Shown: one piece after another, positions 1 through 11,969 of the stretch
How positions within the stretch are numbered: the first letter of the stretch is position 1
Layout: each line of letters starts with the position of its first letter
NCBI GenBank assembly: GCA_011109175.1
Contig: RDEW01000030.1
Location: 366,094 to 430,093, forward strand
DNA from: Dicyema japonicum
Taxonomy: Eukaryota; Animalia; Dicyemida
DNA: 64,000 nucleotides
Direction of reading: 5' to 3'
Notes under the pieces: generated by a model
What the model saw: the letters and a program-made list of their open reading frames with translations, nothing else
Database searches by the model: none
Told to the model about the DNA's origin: nothing
Position numbers and translations under genes: made by a program

Positions 1-272
1 TTATGTTACGGGTTCGATTCTCGCTACTATTCACTTGGTGGAAGGTTCCACGCATCTACGATGCCAAAAGGGTTTGACGAGTGACGCCGTCATCATGGAT
101 ACTCGCTGTGGAACTGGATTGTCTAGAAAAGACCCACACACAAGAAAAAGAAAAAAAGAAGTGAAGATCATTATACGATTAGTTAACTGTTCTTCACTTA
201 AATAAAGTGTGTGTCCTGCCTATGCGGAGCTATAAATATTATGGCTCTCGTGAAAAGGCTATTATTATTATT
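1..272 (+). mobile_element. tRNA-derived SINE family 1, copy cut by the window edge
   Basis: B-box GGTTCGATTCT at 11-21; colinear and similar to 54540-54810; ends in an (ATT)n tail. Confidence 0.8.
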
Positions 273-299
273 AAAGACACGCAAATCGTTAAAATTTCC

Positions 300-660
300 T
301 GAACTTGATACTAAGCTTGTTGAATGGATGAATTTGATGGAATCTAATGGTATTTTTAATATGTTTTGTGTGCTTTGTTAAATGATGCACTAATATCAAA
401 TAAGCACAAAATATTTCTGAAAAGTTATCTATTAGTGATTTCAAGAATTCAAAAGGATTTCTTACAAGATTCAAAAAAGACATGGTTTTCGAGTGCATAA
501 ATTACATGGGGAAATGATAACTGACAAATAAGAAGGATTTGCAGATCACTTTGAAGAAATTTCCAAACATTCTAAAGAAAACGAAATTTACAGTAAGTAC
601 GAGGCATGGCTTTATTATAAACTGATTCCGTCCAAATGGTGAATTCTGAAAAAAAGATGA
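300..660 (+). mobile_element. Tigger/pogo transposase remnant
   Basis: Frameshifted translation LSISDFKNSKGFLTRFKK/HGFRVHKLHGE (CENP-B-type HTH), then a degenerate GLFYKLIPSK-like start of the DDE_1 domain. Confidence 0.65.
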
Positions 661-2094
661 AATAATTGATTTTTTATTGATTTTCCATCAACCCATTTGG
701 TGGAATGTGGTAAAGTAGTATTACTTACAAAAACGAAGAACGACCTCGATGAACTGCGGAAACGTGTGAGGAGGAGAGTTATACGCAGAAAACTGGTAGA
801 ACGGATAGTGAAGAGCACAGTAAAGGCGGAACCCTGAGTATTCATATGCTTATGGGTAACTAACTAATTGCTCAATGGACTGAAATCTTACAAGATCTCA
901 ACTCACAAACTCTAAGTATTGTAACACATTTTAAAGACAGCATACGAGGAAAGCCCGCCTGTATTGTTTCAATGAAAGCAAAGTCAAGTGATCATCTCAA
1001 GTGAGTAAAATTAGTAGAATATTGACTTTTGCATGACGCATCAGCTTAAATTCTTTGAAAGGAGACCAGTTGCTCACATTTATTTGTCGAAATTTTTTAG
1101 AAGTAATGTCCGCCTTAATGAATCTGTCAACTCTGATCTCATCCAAATCATTCATTGCGAAAGCTGGAACAGATTGAGTCTTATGTTTCCTCTCATTCTT
1201 CAACGCCATACTCAGATTGAACAGATTCTGTAAAAAACAGAATGAAGACTCTTTAATCAGACTAGACGAGGACTTCATTTCCAATTCCAAAGTATTGCCA
1301 ACAGATTGCTTGTTTCGAAAAAGTTCTTGTCTTGTAACCAACTGTATTTACTCAAAATTTTCGGCTTGAAGAAATGTGGAGTTACTTTCTTATTCAGTAC
1401 TCCCAATATCCCAATCACACATAAATCCAAGCACCATTTTCCCACATAGAAAAGTGACCACAAGCACCCCTCTCTAGATGTATTAACGCTGTTTCCATCT
1501 GATAGAAAGTTCAAATGTGAGACTAACCTACAACTATTCTTATCACTAGTAAACGGAAGGTTCTCGAAGTCATTTATGAAAACCTGATGACCTTATCACA
1601 TCACACTGATAAATTCTTGACCAAGGGACTCTGGAAATGGAATGTGTTGAGGAGAGTTGTATGGAAGAGCACTTTCTCTCCCGCAGGCTGATTCAGGCTG
1701 TACAATCAGGTCACCAATTCATCAATTGATTATACCTGTCCTGATTCCGTCCAAATGGTGAATTCTGAAAAAGAAGAGAATTTAAGCTGATGCGTCATGC
1801 TTTGGTATCCTCGAGAAATTAAATTCAAAGAATTTTTTACATCTTTCTTGGTGGTCGCTGGGCTCTTTTATAATAATCATTATTAACTGAGATGTCGGGA
1901 GAGATTATAAAAATTTGCAAATCGTTTTATATGTGCAGCTTCCAACAGATAATTAGAGTTTTTAAGCCTTAAACCAAAGGTGTTTGATCGTTAGAAGAAG
2001 CAAGGAGTAAAATGAGGTCTTTATACGTAGAAGGAGTAAAACAGCAGTGTTTATATAATCTGTCCCTTATGTTATGACTTTATATTATCTATTT

Positions 2095-2374
2095 CAGTGG
2101 TCCCCAACCTTTTTTGTTACCGCGGCCCGAGAATAGATTGTTCAATTGCAACTTACAGGGCATTTAACCGACGTTAAGCAATTACAACACGAGTCACAAG
2201 ACACTTACCACGCTAGTGGCTAATTTATATAAAAAACGTACAAACTGAGATAATAACTTCAAAAACTGCGCACATACATGCAAACTATATTTCTAAACTC
2301 TAATTCTTGTGCGGCCCGGTATCAATTGGTTTACGGACCGGCACCGATCCGGGGCTCCCGGTTGGGGACCACTG
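2095..2374. mobile_element. Non-autonomous hAT element (MITE), 280 bp
   Basis: Perfect 15-bp TIRs CAGTGGTCCCCAACC (2095-2109) and GGTTGGGGACCACTG (2360-2374); 8-bp TSD ATCTATTT at 2087-2094 and 2375-2382. Confidence 0.92.
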
Positions 2375-2459
2375 ATCTATTTTATGTGATCACTTTATTC
2401 AAGTGACCGCGAATTAAAAATCAAATTAAAAAATTACTAAATCAGTAAAAAATTCAGTC

Positions 2460-3677
2460 CTAAATAAAATTTGAGTTATAATAATCGTTCAAATTGTCTC
2501 GAAATTCTTTAATTTCAGTCTTAAAATAAAAAATTGCGGATAAAAAACTATTTTTCGGAACATCACTCATCATAGTCGCTTTATAGAGGCGCATTGATGC
2601 ACGTGCGAATGAATCAAGCACAGCCTTAATTCGAAAGGCTTTGAATCCGATCTCATTGTCTAAGTGTAAAAAACGGATTTTTACGAGAATCAACAGGATC
2701 TTCGATCGATATATGATTTGGGTCGTTGATTTTTTTGAAATAGCCTTTTTGAATCGAAATCCCGAGCCCACTGTAGTTGAAGACAGACCCGTAATAGTAA
2801 AGTAACTCAATCAAGAGTTTCCCCATGTTCTTCTCCTCGTTTTCAAACGACGGGAATAATTTATCTCGATTCTTTAAATTCCCCCTGAACTCTTACGTCA
2901 AGAAAGCTTACGACCAGCACAGACACAGCATACGAGGAAAGCCCGCCTGTATATGTGCAGTTTAGTCCCAAATAGAACAGATAGTATTTCACGACGAAGA
3001 CGATATATTTCATCTCCGGGTACTCCTCTTTGCACTGCTTTACCCAGTTGGTGTTTATTAGCCCACTTTTAGTGTTGAAGGAAATGTCAATTTTAATTTT
3101 CGTCTTTGAATGCACAAATGTGAGAATTTTTATCTATTTTTAGCAAAATGATCACCGATGTTTTCGTTATCTGTTTCACGTGTGATGTAATGCCAGAGTT
3201 CTTGAGATAATAGCTAATTTCTTTATAAGGGGGTTGAGACCACTGACCCAGGATAACCAAGTCAATGTCGCTAAATGTCTAAAAGTGATATCAACCTGGT
3301 TGGGAGGGAAAACCCACAGTTTCTACTTCCGTACATCTCCACCTAAGTTTTAACATTTCTCTAACCCTGAATGATGGAAATTTTTCGAGGATCAGAGCTG
3401 CGATCTCCTCTTTAATTCTCAGGAAAATTTGTGTCTCCTTTTTAGTTGGCTTCATAAAGTTATAAAATAATTTTATTTCCAAGTCGAGTCTGGCATTACA
3501 AAATTAGTACCCTGATGTGCCTCTTAAATAAATTTTGTTCTTTACCCACGGTATATCACCCCCTGACTTAGAAAGGCCTAGGGAGTTGACTATTATAGGT
3601 GAATCTTGTGATCTTTGACATATAAGCTGTAAAGTTGACTGTGTTGCACAATCCCAAATATTATTTGTGTTCTTCAT
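2460..3677 (-). CDS. Trf4/TENT4(PAPD5/7)-like non-canonical poly(A) polymerase, multi-exon
   Basis: Exons read LFYNFMKPTKKE, GFSLPTSDIDI, KIDISFNTKSG, LNCTYTGGLSSYA, LIELLYYYG; joined across short GT-AG introns. Start ATG at 3677 is inferred. Confidence 0.8.
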
Positions 3678-3808
3678 TAACCATTATTCCATAGAGACAT
3701 GAATTTATTAAATTTATTTGTATCATTTTAAATTTAAAAATTCAAAATTTTATAGAAAATCTCAAAAATTATTTATTTCGGAACATCCAGAATTCGAAAC
3801 GTCGCGTC

Positions 3809-6170
3809 ATGTGGTCTACCAGTTATGAAAGTTCTGTAGGCTCTCAGGGTGCACTTAATGCACCGCGAAAAAGGATCATTAACTGCCTCCCATCCGAAGA
3901 AGGACTTTCTGGACGACGGCCTTTTCTTTTTCTTAATCCCCTTCGGCTGAATGGGTTTCTGATAATTCTCGCCGGTGACATTGAACTTAATCCAGGTCCC
4001 CCACTCTCAATTCTGCAGATAAACATCAACGGAATCAAAAGCAAAATTCTCGAACTACGGTCTTTCATCAAAGAACAGAACATTGACCTGATTTTACTTC
4101 AAAAACTTACTTCACCATCACCTACCCCGTATTTTCCAGGATACAATTGCATCCGCCTGGACCGCTCGAACCGTCGTGGTGGGGGTCTCCTCATTATTAT
4201 GAGAGATAACATTCGATTAACGGACATCTCAGCAAAACTACAATCACTAATAAACGATGGGACCACGGAAATATCTGGAATATCAATTACAAGTAAATTC
4301 GGGACTTTCAACATTACAAACATCTTCGTCCCCCTCCATCTTCTTGCCCAAAAGAATTCTCACAAAACCTAACCAAGTTTAACAAGGTCGGAAACCTGAT
4401 ATTATGTGGAGATTTCAATGCTAATCATCCAGCCTGGTTAAAATAACAGCTAGCAGACTCGAGAGGGTTATTCTTATTAAACCAGCTCACCTCTCTGACT
4501 ATCCTCAACAACTCCAGGAAATACACTAGGACTCCTTACAAGGAAAACGAAGCATCAAAGTCCCCGACATTACCTTCTGTTCCCCAAACCTTGCACCGGA
4601 CACATCTTGGACCGGTCATTATGGATTATCTTCCGACCACAATCCAGTCATTATTCGAATCAATAATGTTCTTTACCACAAAAAGAGACTGTTTCATTTT
4701 TCTACTATAAAAAAGCAAATTAAAAATGACTATTCAAAATACATCGATCAAGTCAGGTGTCAGTGGGTTTTAAGAGGATGAATTCTTCCCTCTCACATGG
4801 GCCTGATTATATCCCTGATATCTTACTAAAACACCTCGGACTTATTGCGATTGATGCAATCACAGTGATTTTCAACTATTCAATAGACATGAATACAATT
4901 CCAAGTATCTGGAAACTGTCCTATATACGCCCAATCCTTAAGCCTGGGAAGCTTAAGGACAATCCTGCAGCATTTCGAACGATTTCTTTACTATGTACCT
5001 TATCAAAATTATTGGAAAATTGATTTTTAATCTTATAACCCCCTCCCTTCCTTTTTCATCCTAACAACGTGGATTCAGAAGGGGTTATTCAACTTCTACC
5101 GAGCTAACTTCCTCAACTAATTTATCCTTGAAGGCTTTAACACAAATCCTCGCCATCTCAAAACAGTCGTTTGCTCGATCGATTTACAAAAGGCCTTCGA
5201 CTCTGTCTCAAGGAAAATCCAAACCCGGAAATTGTTTGCCTCCCCGTCAACCCCAATATAAAACTTTGGTTTCCTAACTTCATCAATGGAAGAAGGGCCC
5301 GGGTACACATGGATAAGACCAAATCAATTTCAGGATTACTACCCAATAGTGTCCCACAAGGTTCCCCTTTATCACCCGCCTTATTTAACTTATACATGTC
5401 CGATTTACCACAACCTGATAATAAAGAAGATTTCATCTATGCTGGACTATTAATCGGATCCCGCGATCAAGATATCCCAAAGGCATCAAAAGACTACAAG
5501 AATACCTTCACAAGATTCAAATTTGGCTAAATTATAACCGGCTCGATATATCTACTGGAAAAATCTTATTCCAACTTTTTTACCTAAGACAAACGACTTG
5601 GACAAATGACAGTGGATATATTTATCAACCAGACAAAAATACCTTTCACGAAAAAACTGAAAATCTTGGGGATCACCTTCGACACACACATGTCCTTTTT
5701 CATCTCACGTCGACGGCATCTCCGGAAACTGCTCAAGAAAGCTAGGGATAATCAAAACTATTTTCGGTGGAAAGGGATTTGCTACCCTGTGCAGGGAGTG
5801 CAACTCTCAACAATACACAGCCACGACGTGTCTTATGAGAAGGGTATACATCACCCCTCTCCAATTCTTTTTCACTAACCCCACCCACAGAGAAGTTGCG
5901 TTTGATCCCAGAAGGCCTTCGATCACTTAGACTAATACTCAGAAAATTGCAGATACACAAAAAAGGCTCTTGAAGTGACAGAGAAGTTGTCTACGGACAA
6001 AAGAGCATGATGCCGACATTCTTGGAGATCTTAATCCGAAGGAATAACTGATGAGGCTTGATCCAAAGTGATCAGAAAACAACTCGATCACAACGAACTT
6101 TTGTAGGATCGAAGGAGGAGCATCGAGCCAAGCTGAGAGTCTGGATTAAATTTGTCGGGATCACTTAGTT
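3809..6170 (+). mobile_element. Decayed APE-type non-LTR retrotransposon (Jockey/I/CR1-like) with an N-terminal 2A-like motif
   Basis: GDIELNPGP, then LQININGI..IDLILLQ endonuclease; GPDYIP, PILKPGK, FRTISLL, SVPQGSPLSPALFNLY, IYAG (degenerate YADD); many frameshifts. Confidence 0.88.
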
Positions 6171-6477
6171 TGTTTTTTTCGACTTAACAGTGGTTATGGA
6201 ATAAAAAATTAATTTATTTTAAACGACATAAGTCAACACCGAGCTATATACAACGCTGTTTTTTGATTTTCTTTTTAAAGGAAAGGTGGCCATACACCTC
6301 GATAATTGGAGAATAATCAACTGAGAATGTTGTTTTATATTGATTCTGGAATTATTTAAATGTTAGATGAGCATATTCTTTATATTCAAAAGACCATCGT
6401 GGGATTTTGAAAATAGCCGCGTGGCGCCATGTGGTGCTTCGTGGCTAATTGGCTGAAGTTTCTTTTTGTTCGTCCGT

Positions 6478-6675
6478 TCCTCCTCTCTCTTCCTACTAGA
6501 GTGGCGTCATGTGATCCACCTGTTTAGGTGGAGCCCAGTGCCAGGCCGGCATGAAAAAGGATCATTTGCTCTCCCCCACTCCACTAGAGGGGTTTCTATA
6601 ACTGCAAGTATGGACGTCTTTTACCCTTTATGATTCCGGATGGATTTCGTTTCTGTAGAAATGGAAACTGGATAC
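6478..6675. repeat. Unclassified ~200-bp interspersed repeat; inverted copy at ~63214-63418
   Basis: Direct comparison of the two copies, e.g. GACGTC..CATACTTGCAGTT and the CCACCT-loop-AGGTGG hairpin. Confidence 0.75.
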
Positions 6676-7219
6676 ACTTAATTAGTTGTTTACTTTAACT
6701 TCTTTCTCGGTGTATCCGGGGTTAATAAATAAATCAAGTGTAAACGAGTTTTATGTGATTGCCAATTTGTTCGGATCATCGTGACTATATTTTCGATTTT
6801 CCAAAAATTATTGTGAATTTTGTCATCAAACAAATTTTCGAAGGAAATCAACTTAAAATTAAAATTTATTATTTTTTATTAAAATTCAAAAAAGTAGAAA
6901 ATCTTGATTCTCAACATTTTAATTTTAATAATTCAATTCAAATTAATTCACAACCAAAATTTCTCCGACAACAAAATTCTCAGCCAACCTAAAAATTTGC
7001 GAATTATTTTTATATATGACAAATTTTGTGGTTAAGAAATTAATTCCATGTTTTGTTTTAATGTGTTAATTTGATTTTTAAATTACAATGTGGTTTTCAT
7101 TATTTTTGTCTTTTTTCACTTTATTGAATTTGAGAATATTTTTCTACAAAAAATCAACCTGTTTAATCCTACAGGACCCCAAAATCTTCAGATTCCTCGA
7201 TTATTTTTTGAACAGTTTT

Positions 7220-7410
7220 TATCATTTCCAGCAGATCTCAGTGGAGACGTCTGGCCCGAGCACGTCTGAGTTTATCAGGTTAATCGGACAGCTTGCGGGG
7301 AATTGGAAGGATGAGCCTAGAGCGATGGCTTTTCCAGAACATTGGCTCTCGATTATTAGAGGTAACTCCCATTGCGTGCTCAATGCCTGCAGGCTATAAC
7401 GGAGACCTGT
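7220..7410 (+). mobile_element. CRE-like (restriction-like endonuclease) retroelement, 3' fragment
   Basis: ISVETSGPSTSEFIRLIG..SIIRGNSHCVLNA resembles the C-terminus of the 35.3-37 kb element; its end matches the reverse copy at ~37180-37215. Confidence 0.65.
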
Positions 7411-7579
7411 CATAACAACTTTATTTTGTTGAACTTTTTTTAATTTTTCTCTTATTAACCTATTTTTTGCTTATTAGGTTTGTTCTCTCATTGGTTGGTG
7501 GGTTAGTAACGCTTATGTCTCTTTTAATGACCTTGGATATACCTGAATGAGGTTTTAGCCAGTTCCCACTGTGGTAAGA

Positions 7580-8015
7580 TATTCCTGGCCTTCTGACTGA
7601 ATATAACGTCTGATGACATCGGATCTGAAAGTCGTAGGTTCAAATCCGAAAGATGAAGTTTTCAGCGAAGGTCAATTTTTGTCAAACAGATCCCACCCGT
7701 AAGGCGACGAGTCCTTCTGGCACGACACAGTTGTTAAAAGGGATCTTCCTACCTTTCTCCCTGACCAAATCCTCTGATGAAGATTGCATTATGAAAACTA
7801 TTCCGCTAAAGAATGAAGTGATGTCCGCGACGGTAGGACGTAAAACAAAAATGGAAGAGGGCGGACCTACTTCTCCACCTCTCTTCGGAAACGGAAGCCT
7901 GTAATGAAGTATTGGAAGATAGATTTGGTCGACACAAGCAGATGTTCTCCCTTTGGTTCCTTCCTTGGATTAGTTAGTTATGATTGTTTGTGCTGGGCTT
8001 ACAATGGTAAGCTAA
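7580..8015 (+). mobile_element. SINE family 2 copy
   Basis: B-box-like GGTTCAAATCC at 7637-7647; colinear with 27600-27960; 3' end matches the reverse copies at 38698-38799 and 45650-45920. Confidence 0.78.
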
Positions 8016-9119
8016 AGAGAACCAACCTGTTTTATCCTACAGGACTCCAACGTAGTATTTCGTTTGTATCTACAAGACCTCTGAATGTGAGTGAACTTGC
8101 AAAGAATAACGAAGCTTTGAATGAGAAAAAAATTTCTTATTCGAAATCATACCTCGCACATCGAAGAAACATGGGAGTGATGAAACTCTCGTTTATATTA
8201 AGAATCACAGTTTTTGCTGATAGTATTTCGTTTGCATCAGCCTCCTCCTTGTACTTAGCTGAGGTTTAGTGACAAACACCACTTAGTTAGCTTTTTCTAT
8301 TAAGGCTTTGACTAGTTTCAATCCATTATAATTCGATTATAAAGTTAGTTGAAACTTCAAGGTTAGCTATCAAATTTATCCACCGTAATTAAAAATTATT
8401 ATTTCTCGACCATTAGCGTCACTTTCCCTTTCAATAAAAGATACATTTTTAAGGGTCGCTCTTATTTACTAGTGCTCCTAGCGAAGACAAAAAAGGCTTT
8501 TGGGGTGATGGAGAAGTGGTCTATGGACAAAAAGAAAGTGATGCAACATTCTTGGAGATCCCACTTCTAAGGAATCTGTGGATCTCCAGCTAGCTCTTTG
8601 TTTTCTTGAAGCGCTTGAATCAGTAATCTTTGTTCCGCGTTGGCGTCATCGAATCGAGGCAAGAATGAGGAAATGACCCCTTGAAGGTATTAAATATGTA
8701 AGAATTGAATAATAGAGGTTAAATTTTCCCCTTTACGTCTCGCCGACACTGGGCACCACAACAAAAGTGAACCACGTGTGAACAGCCAGTCAATAATTTT
8801 AACACTTCAATATTTTGGTTGAGTTAGTGACGCGAATCTTTTGCAAGAAGTCAATTATTAAAGGATTTTGCCAAACTATTGTTCGATGAAAGATATTTCC
8901 AAACGAGAAATCTCATGGTAGGACCTGAATAGTTGCGATTGGGTGCTTTAATATACAATGGTCAAAAATGAAACACATAACGATTTTCAATCCATGAGAT
9001 CATCTTCCTTCAATGAGAATCGCATCACTATGGGCAGGGGTTTTTTATTCACAAGAGTTTTTAGAGCGCAATTTAAAACTGTGTGAATGACCGGATGTGT
9101 GTATTAAAACTAAAACAGG

Positions 9120-10190
9120 GCACCATGACTCACATGGATCGAATAATCAGCATTATCAATTACTACCCTCTACAAAAAGAAGACTGATGAGTTAGACTCC
9201 TGCAACATGCTGACCTACATGAGTATTTTCTTCTACTATTTGCCGCGGACTGGAATAAAAGAGCAGACAAATGCGGCCGTGTAGAGATGTGGATGGGAAA
9301 TCACGGAGGAGGCAAAGAAATGCTTCCGGTGACATGATAGTAAAACTTTGCAGTATATTTGAACTCTAATGTGCACTACAATCTTCCCTCATGCAGTAAG
9401 TAATAAAACCACGTGGACTGGGTTAGAAATAACAAAAATGGGAAATGTCAACATTTATAATCAAATCGACTACATTCCTTGGATGCAGGAAGAAAGACGT
9501 TGACTGATGAACAAGTCTTATGACGGGGCACTTGAACTAAAAAGATTCTTTGGAAAGGCTATTTCCAGAGAGAATGAATTCAATCATGAGATAACAAACA
9601 GACGAAAAATGGGGGCACTCGAAAAAAACTGGAATACTCCTGGTCGACAGTGAAGACATCATTCATATGAAGATATCGATGTCGCACTTAACGAACTGCA
9701 GACGACCTAGCTATGTAACCACAAAGTCGGAATGGTCTTACTGCTAAATCATACATTGCTTTTGTTAAACTGATCCTTCTGTACAACAAAGAGACCTGGG
9801 GTGGATCAGAAACTGAACTGAGCACCCTTGGCACATTTCACAGAAGACAACTAGGATTGCTGGCCAAAAAACTCTACCTTGTGAAAAATATACAACAGTC
9901 AGTTTGGACGCCACTAAACAACGCTGGGGTTTACTTGAACATACCCTGAGACTCGACCCAACAGTCCCTGCCAACTAGGAGATGACCACGCACAACCTTT
10001 CCAATTCTTTCTTGCTGAAGACCTTCAACGTGTGAGAAAACGACTAAAAATCTGGAGACGACATCAAATGCTTAAAAGTATGCCTGACCAAGAATGCTGG
10101 AAAAACAGAAAAGTTAGTCTCGTGTGTGGCAAATGTGAAAACTTAGTATCCTTAACAATTTGTTAAGATGACAGTGCTAATAATAAATAA
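9120..10190 (+). mobile_element. Highly decayed, internally deleted RTE-like LINE
   Basis: Remnants NQIDYI, ADDIDVA, LLNHTL..; ends GTGCTAATAATAAATAA like the other RTE copies. Confidence 0.6.
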
Positions 10191-10316
10191 AGCAAAAAAA
10201 CCTCAACTCATGTTTCCAAAATTATCAGCACAGAAAGAATTTTTTTCCAAAAACCTCAAATTCGCATTCATCAAAGAAACCATAACCACAACCAATTAAA
10301 ATGTAATCATTAATAA

Positions 10317-11857
10317 TCAAGAATAATCCAAAAGAGATTCCTCACAACGAGTGGAGGGCTTATTAATGAGATCAAGCTCAGCATGGTAGTAAGCAAAAAG
10401 GGCCACGTTATGCAAGACGAAATAAGCCAGCATAAGATGATCTAGATGAAAATAGGCAGCAGTAAAAAAGGCTAGAGCACTCCCCGAGGACTTACAAGTC
10501 AAATCGAATATTACCTGCACGAACTTGAATATAGCATAAGCCCCAGAGCTTGCTTCGTAGTAGTGCTCAGTTATCAACCCCATAATCTGCGTAGAAACGA
10601 GCCCATCCGAAAGACCAAGCAAAAACCCAACACCAATGAGGATAATGTAGCCGTAATGGGGAAAGTACAAGAGTACAAATGAGGTCCCTGATGATGACTG
10701 ACTAGTTGTTTCAACAGGGAGGGTGTTATATATTGTGTAGTAACAGATGATGTTCAACACATAACCAATAAAGAACACGGAAATCCTACCGTATTTATTC
10801 ATCAGAAAGCGAATAGAGGACAGAATCCCACCTAAACAGAATAAATTATCAGTCAACCAGTGATTTCCCCCATTCCAATGGAAATAGCCATCAGACTGAT
10901 CAACGTCTTTCCAAATTCCCCGAAAAATAAGGTCCTGGTAACACAGGTTGGATAGATTCCCGTAATAAAAGAGAAATTGATCCCTAAAATGACGGATAAA
11001 CGTTGAACCATTAAAGAAGGAGGCAAAAGAAATCAAAATGATATTTCGACTCAGAAAAAGTCGAAAAGTCTGGCCTTTAAAGTCAAAAAAGCAACTACCA
11101 ATCTGGGCTAGACTGCCAAAAGTTTCTGTTTTCGCGGATCCGAACCCAAACCACGGTAAAAAGAGAAGTGATAGGAGACATATTCCAGTTCCGCAAATGA
11201 ACGTGAGGGATGTGAATAAAGTTTTATAAATGTCCTTGAAGTCAGCTTTACGAAGAAGTAAGAACAGTGTGAGATTTCCGATAAAGAAACTGAAGACCTA
11301 AGTTATTATACTATCCTCCCCTGGAATAGGGACCAGAAATACCCAATATTTCTACACGTGGTCTCATTTGTGGATATTGAGGTAATATAAGCTCCCTGGG
11401 CTGTCCAAAGAACTCGGAATAAGGGAGAAACTCAACCTGAGGCGCCTATTCCAAGAAGAGCCGCCATAATATAAAGAGAAATTGGTGACAATTTGATAAA
11501 GACTGCGACATAAACTCTAAAATTAAGTAATTGGGCCAAACAGAAAGAAAAGACTGGATACAGTCATGGAACGGACGGTTCCGAAGCGATGGACCACCGA
11601 AGGGGCGATCCAGCAGAATATTAGCATTGTGAAGTATGTTAACCCCAAACTTGAAGCTCAGATTTTATAAAACCTGATAAATCCGTCAGCATTAAAGCTC
11701 CGTTCCTTTTTGATTGTGTCGATTAATGTTTGCTGCAGTGAGATGGAAAATTTACCTGAACCAAAGTGACTGTAGTAAATGCGGTAAAAATGAACATAAA
11801 TCCGAGACCGAGGAACACCACATTGGCATTCCCACTCAAGCAAAAACGAAAAATCAT
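10317..11857 (-). CDS. MFSD11: UNC93-like MFS transporter (MFSD11), multi-exon
   Basis: Spliced reading VVFLGLGFMFIFTAFTT, WIAPSVV, LWTAQGAYIT, GFLLGLSDG..TQI, GAYAIFKFVQ; GT-AG introns of 23-25 nt. Confidence 0.88.
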
Positions 11858-11969
11858 CGATTAAATTTATTATATTTTTAAATTTAAAGAATGCAAGGGA
11901 GTTAATAATGTCACACCACTTTAAGAACCAAACTATATTAATAAACTTTAAATTTGTTAATTATAATAA

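Noticed and set aside
7775-7830. CTGATGA...GAAA in SINE2 copies, resembling a hammerhead ribozyme core
   Set aside because: Stem II barely pairs and the required U-H cleavage triplet is absent (it reads GTG)
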